Source: an uncultured Clostridia bacterium
GTDB taxonomy: Bacteria > Bacillota > Clostridia > Oscillospirales > Acutalibacteraceae
Length of the DNA: 64,000 nt
Direction: 5' to 3'
Assembly (NCBI GenBank): GCA_944384835.1
Contig: CALWUU010000043.1
Location: 50,004 to 114,003, forward strand
The notes below the pieces were generated by a model. That model was given only the letters and a program-made list of their open reading frames with translations, ran no database searches and was not told the origin of the DNA. The position numbers were made by a program, and so were the translations under genes. Each line of letters opens with the position of its first letter. Position 1 is the stretch's first letter. This document shows positions 40,425 through 50,215 of the stretch, piece after piece.

Positions 40425-42611
40425 TTATGAACGTTTGATGCTGATAATGCCTTCTATATTGGATAACTTGGAAATAACGGAATTCAAATGCTCCAAACCT
40501 TGAATGGTAATGGTAGCATAAATCACATCCGTACCGTTTTTTAATTCTCTGGAATTTAACGAATGGACGCTGATACGCAAATTATACAGCTGCTGCGTTA
40601 CATTCATCAACACGCCTGTGGTATGATTGGCTAAAATCTCCAAAGTCGTCTTAAATTCTTCTTTTACTTGATTTGCCCACTGTACTTCAATCCATCGTTC
40701 CGGCTCAGAACTGCTTGCAATATCCTTTGGAACATTGCTGCAGGTACGTTTGTGAACAGATACCCCAAAGCCGCGTGTAACAAATCCGATAATATCATCG
40801 CCGGGCAATGGATTACAGCAGCGGGAAAGTTTGGTCAGACAATCTCCGCCCATGCCTTTTACCAAAATACCGTTAGACGCTTTATTCGGCTTTGCTTCCA
40901 CTGTTTTCGGCGGCTCGGTTTTTTGCACTGCTTCGGTAGCTTTTTTCTGCTTTACATACTCTTCCTTAATGCGATGGATAATTTTCCACAACTGAATACC
41001 GCCGTAACCAATGGCAGCATAAATATCTTCCAAATTCGCACAGTTCTGACGTTTTACAAACGGATTAATCAAATCATAAAGCTCATCCTGAGGCACAATA
41101 ATACCATTGCGTTTTAATTCACGCTCCAGTTCTTCTCTGCCCTCTTCGATATTTTCTTCCCGACGCTCTTTTTTAAACCACTGACGGATTTTATTTCTCG
41201 CTTCGCTGGTACGTACAATTTTCAGCCAGTCACGGCTTGGGCCGTGAGAACCTTCTTTGGCTGTAATGACTTCCACAATCTCGCCTGTTTTGATTTTATA
41301 ATCAATAGGCACAATGCGCTTATCCACTTTTGCGCCAATCATACGGTTACCCACCGCGCTGTGAATGGCATACGCAAAGTCAATCACGGTGGAGCCCGCC
41401 GGCAGACTGATTACCTCTCCTCTCGGAGTAAAGACAAATACCGAATCGGAAGATAAATCCGTTTTAATGGTACGCACCAAATCCGTAGCGTCGCTGCTGT
41501 CCGTTTGATTCTCCAAAATTTTGCGCACCCAAGCCAAATGCTCTTCCAAAGAATCTTCGGAAGTAACGCCTACTTTATATTTCCAGTGTGCGGCAATACC
41601 GTATTCTGCCGTATAATGCATATCCCATGTGCGAATTTGCACTTCAAACGGAATTCCTTCCGAGCCGATTACGGTTGTATGCAAAGACTGGTATAAATTC
41701 GGTTTGGGAGTAGAAATATAATCTTTAAAACGGTTTGGAATGGGATGATATAAATCATGTATAATTCCCAGAGCGTTATAACAATCAATAACGGTATCTA
41801 CAATCACTCTGACCGCGTATACATCGTAAATCTGGTCAATGGATTTTCCTTGTACAAACATTTTATTATAAATACCATTGATGCTTTTGACCCTGCCTTC
41901 CAAATGCACTTTTGGAATAACAGGAAGCATTTTTTCCAGTATCTGCCCTTTGATTTTTTCTATAAAATCAGCGCGTTCATCTTTATGCAGTTCCAAAGCA
42001 TGTTCAATCTCTTGGTAACCCATAGGGTCTAAGTAGCGCAAAGATAAATCTTCCAGCTCTTCTTTTACCGCGCGAATACCCAAACGGTCAGCAATTGGAG
42101 CATATACCTCCATATTTTCCAGCGCTTTATCCCGCTGTTTTTGCGGGGTCATATACTCAATGGTCCGCATATTATGCAGGCGGTCTGCCAGTTTAATGAT
42201 AATAACTCTAATGTCCTCCGACATAGCTATGAGCATTTTTCGAATATTTTCCGCCTGCTGCTCTTCACGGGAGGAGAAAGGCACTTTACCAAGTTTGGTA
42301 ACGCCGTTGATTAAATTGGCAATTTCTTTGCCAAACATTTTTGTGATTTCTTCTAAAGTGATGTCCGTATCTTCTACCACATCATGCAGCAAACCCGCAA
42401 CCACACAAGGGGTGTCCATACCCAGTTCTACCAAAATACAAGCTGCGGCAACGGGATGCGTAATATATGGCTCGCCTGATTTTCGCTTTTGCTCTTTGTG
42501 CGCTTCTGCCGCAACCTGATATGCATGTTCTATCTGCTCCAAGTCAAAAGAACGGCCGCTGGCTTTAATTAAATTTAATAAATCGTCATATGTTTTCAGT
42601 GGATATGCCAT
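40425..42611 (-). CDS. relA: Bifunctional (p)ppGpp synthetase/hydrolase
   Basis: ORF 40425-42665. Start placed at ATG 42611 (MAYPLKTYDDLL). Has an HD domain (HDVVEDT), a synthetase domain (YQSLHT, EVQIRT), and TGS and ACT domains. Confidence 0.96.
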   Translation of the reverse strand: MAYPLKTYDDLLNLIKASGRSFDLEQIEHAYQVAAEAHKEQKRKSGEPYITHPVAAACILVELGMDTPCVVAGLLHDVVEDTDITLEEITKMFGKEIANLINGVTKLGKVPFSSREEQQAENIRKMLIAMSEDIRVIIIKLADRLHNMRTIEYMTPQKQRDKALENMEVYAPIADRLGIRAVKEELEDLSLRYLDPMGYQEIEHALELHKDERADFIEKIKGQILEKMLPVIPKVHLEGRVKSINGIYNKMFVQGKSIDQIYDVYAVRVIVDTVIDCYNALGIIHDLYHPIPNRFKDYISTPKPNLYQSLHTTVIGSEGIPFEVQIRTWDMHYTAEYGIAAHWKYKVGVTSEDSLEEHLAWVRKILENQTDSSDATDLVRTIKTDLSSDSVFVFTPRGEVISLPAGSTVIDFAYAIHSAVGNRMIGAKVDKRIVPIDYKIKTGEIVEVITAKEGSHGPSRDWLKIVRTSEARNKIRQWFKKERREENIEEGREELERELKRNGIIVPQDELYDLINPFVKRQNCANLEDIYAAIGYGGIQLWKIIHRIKEEYVKQKKATEAVQKTEPPKTVEAKPNKASNGILVKGMGGDCLTKLSRCCNPLPGDDIIGFVTRGFGVSVHKRTCSNVPKDIASSSEPERWIEVQWANQVKEEFKTTLEILANHTTGVLMNVTQQLYNLRISVHSLNSRELKNGTDVIYATITIQGLEHLNSVISKLSNIEGIISIKRS

Positions 42612-42616
42612 ATCAT

Positions 42617-44680
42617 TTAACCGTCCTTTCTTAAAGATTCTAATTGGCGCAGTACCGGGGAACAAAACAAATCAACTTTTCCGGCAACAGGCTTTAAAGT
42701 AATTCTGCAAATGTCACCGTCCTCAGTTTTCTCAATCAGATTTTGGTCTTTTAAAACATCCAAGGCCAATAACAATTTTGATAATGTCATACCGGACAAT
42801 TGCAATTGTTCCAATAATAACAAAATATGATGCTGCCAGCCGTTGCTGCTTCTTAAAAAACGATAAAGCGCCGCAAATTCATCACGGTTTGGAGTCATAT
42901 GCAAAAGCTCTTCACCAGTTAAGCATTCACCGCGTTTTACTTTTTCATACATACGGTATTCTAACAGCGTTTGTTCTTCATTTACCTGGGACAGCTTTAT
43001 ATCTTTGATAAATACAGACAAATTTTCCGTATTGCGGTATTCGTTGACTTCCAGCGTAACCGCTAAGTCTACCAAATCGCCCACTTGATAAGGAAAATCC
43101 TGTAATGCAGTACGAAATTTCAGACATTGAACTGTAGTATGATTTCTCTCAAGACGCAAGCGCAGGTGGTTCCCTCCGCCGATTGGCGTAATTTCTTTTA
43201 GTTCCATTCCGTAAAGTCCGAACACGGGAGACGGATTGTCCGTGCCAAACGGCTCCAGATAAGCAATCTGTTTGGGCATTTCAATTGTCAATGCGGCAGG
43301 ATTCAATTTACAGTCCAAGTGTATGGTTTGAGGAGGCATGTCTGTTGGCAGAGAAGCAGCAAACTCATTGATTTGTCTGCGAAACCGGAAGATATGTTCT
43401 GTTGGCATACTCAAACCGGCCGCCATTGGATGACCTCCGTATTTTGTAAGCAAAGGAGCGCAGTGGCAAATGGCATCAAATAAGGAAAATCCTTCTACGC
43501 TTCTGCCGGAAGCTTTTGCTTCATTGCCCGTATAGGAAATAACAATACTCGGTTTTCCAAACATCTCCGTAATACGGGAAGATACAATTCCGATCACGCC
43601 GTGATGCCAATCTTCCCCTTCTACCACAATCACACGCTCATACATGCGCTCAGGCTCGTCATGGAGCAGCTGCAACGCTTTTTCCGTAATTTCCGTTTCA
43701 ATCTTTTTTCTGGTGTCATTGTCATGGCAAATCTCCTGAGCAAGGGTCTGTGCCTGTTCCATATCTTCCGATAAAAGCAAACGAACCGCTCTGTCCGACG
43801 CGCCGATTCTGCCCGTTGCATTGATGCGCGGCACAATAGTAAAAGCGACATTGGTAGAAGTAAGTTCCTTGCCGCTCATGCTTGCTTGTTCCAGCAACGC
43901 GCAAATTCCGGGACGGTCGCTGTGTGACAACAACGGCAGACCCGCTTGCACAAGCGCGCGGTTTTCTCCCTTAAGGGACACAATATCTCCTACCGTACCA
44001 ACCGCTGCCAAATCTGCGTAATTTTCCAGTAAGGTGGTGATATCTGCCCCTTCACCTTCCAGCGCAGTAATCAGCTTAAATGTAACACCTACACCTGATA
44101 AGTCTTTAAACGGGTAGGTGCAATCTACACGGTGAGGGTCTACCACAGCCACAGCTTTGGGCAATATGTCTCTTGGACGGTGATGGTCAGTAATCACAAC
44201 ATCAATGCCCAATTGCGAAGCATAAACAACCTCATCGATGGAGGCAATCCCATTATCTACCGTAACAATCAGCTGTACTCCCTGCTCATGCAGTTGATCC
44301 AAAGCCTCTAAATTGAGACCGTAACCTTCCTGCTCCCTTAAAGGAATATAAAACATAACGTTAGCGCCGCAGGATTCCAAATACGAATACAGCATGGCAG
44401 TGGAAGTAACGCCGTCTGCATCATAGTCTCCATATACGCAAATAGTTTCAAAATGTTCAATTGCTCTTTGAATGCGGGCAACTGCACAATCCATATCTTT
44501 CATTAGAAAGGGGTCGGCAAATGATTTTGATACGTCAAATAACGCATCAATGTCATCTTTTGTATGAAAGCCGCGTATCTCCAACATCATAGCCAAAAAC
44601 GAAGGGTACTGCATTTCTTCCGCAATTTTAGCCGCCCTTGCCTTGTCCAGGGGGGACACGCTCCATTTTTTGATATTCAT
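42617..44680 (-). CDS. recJ: Single-stranded-DNA-specific exonuclease RecJ
   Basis: 687 aa. Contains DHH motifs (GDYDADGV, DNG, DHH) and a DHHA1 GGH motif. Confidence 0.95.
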   Translation of the reverse strand: MNIKKWSVSPLDKARAAKIAEEMQYPSFLAMMLEIRGFHTKDDIDALFDVSKSFADPFLMKDMDCAVARIQRAIEHFETICVYGDYDADGVTSTAMLYSYLESCGANVMFYIPLREQEGYGLNLEALDQLHEQGVQLIVTVDNGIASIDEVVYASQLGIDVVITDHHRPRDILPKAVAVVDPHRVDCTYPFKDLSGVGVTFKLITALEGEGADITTLLENYADLAAVGTVGDIVSLKGENRALVQAGLPLLSHSDRPGICALLEQASMSGKELTSTNVAFTIVPRINATGRIGASDRAVRLLLSEDMEQAQTLAQEICHDNDTRKKIETEITEKALQLLHDEPERMYERVIVVEGEDWHHGVIGIVSSRITEMFGKPSIVISYTGNEAKASGRSVEGFSLFDAICHCAPLLTKYGGHPMAAGLSMPTEHIFRFRRQINEFAASLPTDMPPQTIHLDCKLNPAALTIEMPKQIAYLEPFGTDNPSPVFGLYGMELKEITPIGGGNHLRLRLERNHTTVQCLKFRTALQDFPYQVGDLVDLAVTLEVNEYRNTENLSVFIKDIKLSQVNEEQTLLEYRMYEKVKRGECLTGEELLHMTPNRDEFAALYRFLRSSNGWQHHILLLLEQLQLSGMTLSKLLLALDVLKDQNLIEKTEDGDICRITLKPVAGKVDLFCSPVLRQLESLRKDG

Positions 44681-44829
44681 ACCGCCTACACCTTCCTATT
44701 CTTGTTTAATTGTAACATTTTTCGACTCTTTATTCAATCTATTTTCACAATTGTTCCGTTAAAAATGAGAAATTTTCTTATTTTTATCTATTTTATTTTA
44801 TTTCTGAAATAAACGAAAAATATTGGCAA

Positions 44830-44881
44830 ATAAAATAAAACAAAGGTGATATCATTGTACAAAACAACAATATCACCTTTG
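44830..44881 (-). terminator. Terminator after the exonuclease gene
   Basis: caaaggtgatat (44841-44852) pairs with atatcacctttg (44870-44881), followed on the minus strand by a T-rich run. Confidence 0.7.
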
Positions 44882-45805
44882 TCATATCATTTGGCTCTCT
44901 GCATTTTTTAAACCTGTTACTTGTGCAGTCAACTCTGTTCCGTTTTCTGTTTTTTCTGTATTTTCTTCTTCCTTATGGGGAAGGATACATTTTTTTACCA
45001 CCATGCCGTCATATTTCAATTTAAACTGTACCCTGCCAATAAAACGGTTATCACAATGTTTGCAGCGAAAATTAGCGCGATAGCTTTTATTTTTCAGCTG
45101 CCATTCGCCTTCGCGGGATGCTCTTCGCCCGCAGGCATCACAATGAAATATCATATCAGAACGTTTTATCAGAGGATTGTTCAAATCACAAATGATCATG
45201 GTTTTAAATGTGATCTTCTCATAAAAAGCGTCTGTTCTGGCATCCTGAATAAATGGAATCAATGTTTCTCTTTGATACAGCTTTTGTAAACATCGCAGAG
45301 ACAGCATACTATCATCCATTGCACGGTGGTGGGCAATATCTTCTTCATTGATTCCCAGCAGCTGCGCTGAAGTTGAAAGTCCCATTTGTTTTGTGGCATC
45401 GTAATGCAGCATTTGTTCACAGTAACATTGTAAATCAACATATTGTTTTAGGAATGGAATACGTTCACTGCCGCAAAAATAACGGCTGTTTTCAATGAGG
45501 GCTAAAATGTCAGACGTACCCCATGTCATTAAGACAGCGTCCCCCATCCATTTACGAAAACGGCTCATTACCTGCATAAACTGCAGACCGTTGGCCAGTT
45601 CTTCGTTTGTAATATTTGTCAGCGTTTTAATCTTTCCGCTGATTTTTTTGCCCACTTGCGGACGAACCAAAGCGTCAAAGGTATCCAGCACATGCAATTG
45701 TTCATCTACTTTTACTGCGCCGAATTCTATAATTTCATTCATAAAGCCTTTTAGACGCCGGCTATACGTTCCATTCCATTCCAAATCCAATATTACAAAG
45801 TTCAT
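44882..45805 (-). CDS. DEDDh 3'-5' exonuclease (KapD/ERI-1-like) with a C-terminal Cys4 zinc-ribbon module
   Basis: 307 aa. Contains ILDLEWN, IIEFGAV and HHRAMDDS. The C-terminus has HCDACG...N(20)...CKHCDN. Confidence 0.8.
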   Translation of the reverse strand: MNFVILDLEWNGTYSRRLKGFMNEIIEFGAVKVDEQLHVLDTFDALVRPQVGKKISGKIKTLTNITNEELANGLQFMQVMSRFRKWMGDAVLMTWGTSDILALIENSRYFCGSERIPFLKQYVDLQCYCEQMLHYDATKQMGLSTSAQLLGINEEDIAHHRAMDDSMLSLRCLQKLYQRETLIPFIQDARTDAFYEKITFKTMIICDLNNPLIKRSDMIFHCDACGRRASREGEWQLKNKSYRANFRCKHCDNRFIGRVQFKLKYDGMVVKKCILPHKEEENTEKTENGTELTAQVTGLKNAESQMI

Positions 45806-45817
45806 TGAATACTCCGA

Positions 45818-47635
45818 TTATTTTTTGCTAGATTTTTTCATACGAAGCTCTTTCGATAAAATCCGTTTTCTCATACGGATATTCTCAGGGGTTACTTCTA
45901 CCAGCTCATCATCTTTGATGAATTCTAAACATTGCTCAAGGCTTAAGTTGCTGTGAGGCGTTAATTTCAGCGCATCATCAGAACCGGAAGCTCTTGTATT
46001 GGTCATTTGTTTTTTCTTACATACGTTCACGGTAATATCTTCAGATTTTGGACTTACACCCACAATCATACCTTCATACACTTCAACGCCCGGACCGATA
46101 AACAAACGTCCGCGATCCTGCGCATTGTACAAACCGTAAGCGGTTGCTTCACCTGTTTCATGCGCTACTAAAGAGCCTTGTGCACGCTGGGGAATCTCGC
46201 CGCGAAAAGGTTCATATGAATCGAATACATGATTCATAATACCATTACCGTTGGTATCGGTCAAGAACTCTTGGCGATAACCCATCAATCCCCTTGCAGG
46301 AATTTTAAATTCCATGTGCGTCGTACCCGTATCTCTGGTACCCATATTGAGCAATTCCGCTTTGCGTCCGCCCAATTTTTCCATAACAGCTCCAACATAG
46401 CTTTCAGGTACTTCAATCATAAGATGCTCAATGGGTTCATATTTTTGCCCGTCAATTTCTTTATAAATTACATTTGGACTGGAAACTTGGAATTCAAACA
46501 ACTCCCTGCGCATATTCTCAATCAAAATAGAAAGATGCAATTCACCGCGGCCTGATACTTTAAAGGTATCGGCAGAATCGGTTTCTTCTACGCGCATGGC
46601 AACGTTAGTTTCCACTTCTTTAAACAGTCTGTCGCGAATATTACGAGAAGTAACATATTTACCCTCTCTTCCCGCAAACGGACTGTTATTGACCATAAAC
46701 ATCATGGTAACGGTAGGCTCGTCAATTTTTACAAACGGCAATGGCTCCACACAGTCAACCGCGCAGGCTGTTTCGCCGATATTCAAATCAGCAATGCCTG
46801 CAACCGCAATAATATCTCCTAGTTTTGCTGTTTCCGCTTCTACTTTTTTCAAACCCTGATATTGGAACAGCTTTGTAATTCTCGCATTTTTGGTACTTCC
46901 GTCCCTGCCGCAGACTACCACCGGCATACCTACTTTTACTTCTCCACGCTCTACACGTCCCACACCGATTCTTCCAACAAATTGGTCATAATCGATGTTG
47001 GAAAACAAAATTTGCGTTCCGCCGTTCATATCCCCTTGCGGAGCAGGAATTTCTTTTACAATGGTTTCAAACAACGGTTCCATATTATCGTTAGGCTCCA
47101 TTGGGTCATACATTGCATAGCCGTCACGTCCTGACGCATATACAACCGGGAATTCCAATTGGTCTTCATCTGCACCTAACTCGATGAATAAATCCAAAAT
47201 TTCATCTACCACTTCTGCCGGTCTTGCGCCTGGACGGTCAATCTTATTCACAACAACAATTGGCTTTTTGCCAAGACCTATCGCTTTTTTCAGTACAAAA
47301 CGTGTTTGCGGCATACAGCCCTCAAAAGAGTCTACCAGCAAAATAACGCCGTCAACCATCATCAAAATACGTTCTACCTCACCTCCAAAGTCAGCATGAC
47401 CCGGAGTATCTATAATATTGATTTTTGTGTCCTTATACATAACTGCTGTATTTTTTGCCAAAATGGTAATGCCGCGTTCCCGTTCAATATCGTTGGAATC
47501 CATAACACGGTCTTCCACTGTTTCATTGGTACGAAAAACGCCGCTTTGGCGCAGCAACTGATCAACCAATGTGGTTTTTCCGTGGTCAACGTGAGCAATA
47601 ATGGCAACATTTCTTAAATCTGTTCTTACATCCAT
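45818..47635 (-). CDS. typA: Translational GTPase TypA/BipA
   Basis: ORF 45818-47728. Start placed at ATG 47635 (MDVRTDLRNVAIIAHVDHGKTTLVD). Contains DTPGHADF and NKID. Confidence 0.96.
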   Translation of the reverse strand: MDVRTDLRNVAIIAHVDHGKTTLVDQLLRQSGVFRTNETVEDRVMDSNDIERERGITILAKNTAVMYKDTKINIIDTPGHADFGGEVERILMMVDGVILLVDSFEGCMPQTRFVLKKAIGLGKKPIVVVNKIDRPGARPAEVVDEILDLFIELGADEDQLEFPVVYASGRDGYAMYDPMEPNDNMEPLFETIVKEIPAPQGDMNGGTQILFSNIDYDQFVGRIGVGRVERGEVKVGMPVVVCGRDGSTKNARITKLFQYQGLKKVEAETAKLGDIIAVAGIADLNIGETACAVDCVEPLPFVKIDEPTVTMMFMVNNSPFAGREGKYVTSRNIRDRLFKEVETNVAMRVEETDSADTFKVSGRGELHLSILIENMRRELFEFQVSSPNVIYKEIDGQKYEPIEHLMIEVPESYVGAVMEKLGGRKAELLNMGTRDTGTTHMEFKIPARGLMGYRQEFLTDTNGNGIMNHVFDSYEPFRGEIPQRAQGSLVAHETGEATAYGLYNAQDRGRLFIGPGVEVYEGMIVGVSPKSEDITVNVCKKKQMTNTRASGSDDALKLTPHSNLSLEQCLEFIKDDELVEVTPENIRMRKRILSKELRMKKSSKK

Positions 47636-47729
47636 GTAAATACCTCTTTTAACTTGATAACATACAAATATCTCTGTCAATCTATGAGTACATATAGAAT
47701 TGACTTCATTTTTTCTTTCATTCAACAAA

Positions 47730-47762
47730 AAAGCGCCGGCATGCTTACCGACGCTTTTTTAT
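47730..47762 (-). terminator. Terminator after tRNA-Gly
   Basis: The minus strand reads aaaaaagcgtcgg-taagcat-gccggcgctttttt. Confidence 0.7.
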
Positions 47763-47767
47763 CAGAC

Positions 47768-47843
47768 TGGAGCGGATGACGAGGCTCGAACTCGCTACCT
47801 CCACCTTGGCAAGGTGGCGCTCTACCAGATGAGCTACATCCGC
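47768..47843 (-). tRNA. tRNA-Gly (anticodon GCC)
   Basis: The reverse complement is GCGGATGTAGCTCATCTGGTAGAGCGCCACCTTGCCAAGGTGGAGGTAGCGAGTTCGAGCCTCGTCATCCGCTCCA. It folds as a cloverleaf with anticodon loop TTGCCAA, a TPsiC arm GTTCGAGCC and an encoded CCA. Confidence 0.95.
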
Positions 47844-47863
47844 AGTTCCTTACCGCGATGATT

Positions 47864-47892
47864 ATTATATTACAGCTTTCAAAAAATGTCAA
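47864..47892 (-). promoter_or_regulatory. Consensus sigma-A promoter for tRNA-Gly
   Basis: The minus strand reads TTGACA (47892-47887), a 17-nt spacer, then TATAAT (47869-47864). Confidence 0.65.
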
Positions 47893-47986
47893 CTAGTTTT
47901 CCCATAATTTTTTGATATTGTTTTTCCATTTGATTTCTTATTCAATTTACAATATGATAGGATGAATAAAAAGAGCATGTCACGTT

Positions 47987-48019
47987 AAAATTGCTTTGCT
48001 ATTTTGAATGTGATATAAT
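47987..48019 (+). promoter_or_regulatory. Candidate promoter of the dnaD-like gene with a near-palindrome AAATTGC-N3-GCTATTT
   Basis: TTGCTT (47991-47996), a 17-nt spacer, then TATAAT (48014-48019). The upstream GTTAAAATTGCTTTGC matches the two minus-strand module promoters. Confidence 0.5.
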
Positions 48020-48036
48020 TTGAACGAGGTGTTTCG

Positions 48037-49125
48037 ATGAAATTTTCAATTAATTTAGGGGCATGGAATTCTGTTTTTGCAGTTCCTGCGCAAGTAGTAG
48101 ATCAACATTTAAAATTAGCAGGCGGCGTTCATTTGAAAGTGCTGTTATGGCTATTGCGCCATGCAGGCACGGAAGTGGACATTGCTGATATTTCAAAAGC
48201 GCTTGGTATTGGAACTGCCGATATTAAGGATGCAATGCAATATTGGGCGGCAGCCGGTCTGATTGCGGATTTTTCCTGCGATTGCGACCAAGTCACCCTC
48301 ACACCTGTGATGCCAGAATCTACAGGCTCTGAAAATATTGCTTCAAAAGTATCCGCCTGTGTACAGGCAGATACTTCAAACGAACCCTCCCGTTCAGAAA
48401 TCATCGAACATGCCGTTTCTGTACATACCCTGACGGAACCACAGAAAGAAAAGCAAACGGAAAAGCCGGCAAAAACTTCTATTCGCATGAAAAAACCGGA
48501 TGGAATTTATATTGCCCAGCGAACTGCTGAATGTGCGGAAATCGGATTTTTAATGCAGGAAGCACAGCAAATTTTGGGACGTGCTATCTCACCTGCTTTG
48601 TCCTCTGCTTTGCTTATGATTCATGACGACTACGGTTTGCCTGTTGAAGTGATTATTATGCTTTTGATGTATGTAAAAAGCATTCACAAAGATAATACCA
48701 GCTATATTGAAGCGGTCGCAAGAAATTGGGCTGCCGAAGAAATCAACACCCATGAAAAAGCAAACGAGAAATTAAATCAGTTATCTTTGATCGCAAAATC
48801 ATGGCGCTGTATTGAACAAATATTGGGCATTAACCATCGTTCTCCCAGCGCCAAAGAAGAAGAATATACTCAACGTTGGATGCATCAATGGAATTTTACA
48901 GCCGATATGATACGCGAGGCTTACGAGCGCTGTGTAAACGCAACCGGAAAGCTTAGCTTACATTATATGAATAAAATTTTAGAACGCTGGCACAAAGCGG
49001 GTATTACTACCCCAAAGCAAGCCGCATTGGAAGCTGGTGAAAAAGCTGCAAAAGAACAGGAAAAACAAAAACCAACCTATGATTTGGAAGAATATGAAAA
49101 AATAGATTTAAGCGAATTTATGTAA
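48037..49125 (+). CDS. DnaD-domain replication initiation / helicase-loading protein (B. subtilis DnaB/DnaD-like)
   Basis: 362 aa with an N-terminal winged-helix-like region and two DnaD/DnaB_2-type repeats (..IEAVARNWAAEEI.., ..MNKILERWHKAGITT..). Confidence 0.8.
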   Translation: MKFSINLGAWNSVFAVPAQVVDQHLKLAGGVHLKVLLWLLRHAGTEVDIADISKALGIGTADIKDAMQYWAAAGLIADFSCDCDQVTLTPVMPESTGSENIASKVSACVQADTSNEPSRSEIIEHAVSVHTLTEPQKEKQTEKPAKTSIRMKKPDGIYIAQRTAECAEIGFLMQEAQQILGRAISPALSSALLMIHDDYGLPVEVIIMLLMYVKSIHKDNTSYIEAVARNWAAEEINTHEKANEKLNQLSLIAKSWRCIEQILGINHRSPSAKEEEYTQRWMHQWNFTADMIREAYERCVNATGKLSLHYMNKILERWHKAGITTPKQAALEAGEKAAKEQEKQKPTYDLEEYEKIDLSEFM

Positions 49126-49137
49126 GGAGGGACTGTT

Positions 49138-50121
49138 TTGGGATACAGCCGTGAAATTTATGATGAGGCCATGGCCATGGTAAATGGAAACCGTGCGAAA
49201 GCAATGGAAGAATGTAATTTGCGCAAAACAGCATTTTACGGGCAATATCCTCGCGCGGCAGAAATTGAAACAGAATTAGCAGCAACGGCAATTGAAGCTG
49301 CAAGAGCAGTATTAAACGGCGCTCATGCAAAAGAACAGCTAGCGTTATTGAAACAAAAAAATCTTTCCCTGCAAAATGAGCGTATTTCGCTGTTACAAAA
49401 AGCAGGACTTCCCGAAACGTATTTGGAGCCTTCCTTTTCATGCAATATTTGTAAGGATGAAGGATTTGTTGACGGCAGAATGTGCAGTTGCTTAAAAAAG
49501 CTAATGCGCATACAAGCATGCAATCAACTAAACGCTTCTACCCCCCTTGCGCTGTGCACCTTTGACAATTTTTCTTTGTCCTACTATCCAAACGAACCTT
49601 CTGACAGCGGTATTTCTGCTTATCAGCAAATGGAGCAAATTCTGCGTTATTGCAAAACGTATGCAAATCAATTTTCTATGAATGCTCCAAATCTGTTAAT
49701 GCAAGGCGGAACCGGCTTGGGAAAAACACACTTATCCTTAGCAATTGCACATGAGGCTATTGAAAAAGGATACGGCGTGATTTACGGTTCCGCACAAAAT
49801 ATGGTTACCAATTTGGAAAAAGAACGCTTTCAAAAAGGCAATGAACAACAGGACACCAACCAACTGATGCTGCAATGTGATTTATTAATCATAGATGATC
49901 TTGGAACGGAATTTTCCACTTCATTTGTAACCGCTGCAATTTACAACATTGTAAATACAAGGCTAATGACACATAAACCAACTATTATCAGTACCAATTT
50001 ATCTATGAAAGAATTAGAAGAACGTTACACAGAGCGTTTTGCTTCCCGTATTTTAGGCAGTTATATTCCTCTGTTTTTCCGAGGAAAAGATATCAGACAG
50101 CAGAAAAGACGTAAAAAATAA
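49138..50121 (+). CDS. dnaI: DnaI/DnaC-type AAA+ helicase loader
   Basis: 327 aa. TTG start after AAGGAGG. Has an N-terminal Cys cluster (CNICKDEGF..CSC), Walker A GGTGLGKTHL and Walker B LLIIDDLG. Confidence 0.85.
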   Translation: MGYSREIYDEAMAMVNGNRAKAMEECNLRKTAFYGQYPRAAEIETELAATAIEAARAVLNGAHAKEQLALLKQKNLSLQNERISLLQKAGLPETYLEPSFSCNICKDEGFVDGRMCSCLKKLMRIQACNQLNASTPLALCTFDNFSLSYYPNEPSDSGISAYQQMEQILRYCKTYANQFSMNAPNLLMQGGTGLGKTHLSLAIAHEAIEKGYGVIYGSAQNMVTNLEKERFQKGNEQQDTNQLMLQCDLLIIDDLGTEFSTSFVTAAIYNIVNTRLMTHKPTIISTNLSMKELEERYTERFASRILGSYIPLFFRGKDIRQQKRRKK

Positions 50122-50128
50122 AAATAGA

Positions 50129-50156
50129 GCAGTCTGAACAGACTGCCTTATTTTTG
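50129..50156 (+). terminator. Terminator after dnaI
   Basis: gcagtctg and cagactgc form a hairpin, followed by CTTATTTTTG. Confidence 0.55.
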
Positions 50157-50170
50157 TGGAAAAAAGAAAA

Positions 50171-50215
50171 AGGAATTACCTATTTACATCCCCATGAAAT
50201 AGGTAATTCCTTTTA
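50171..50215 (-). terminator. Terminator after agrB
   Basis: aggaattacctattt (50171-50185) pairs with aaataggtaattcct (50197-50211) in a 15-bp stem. A T-run follows on the minus strand. Confidence 0.8.
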
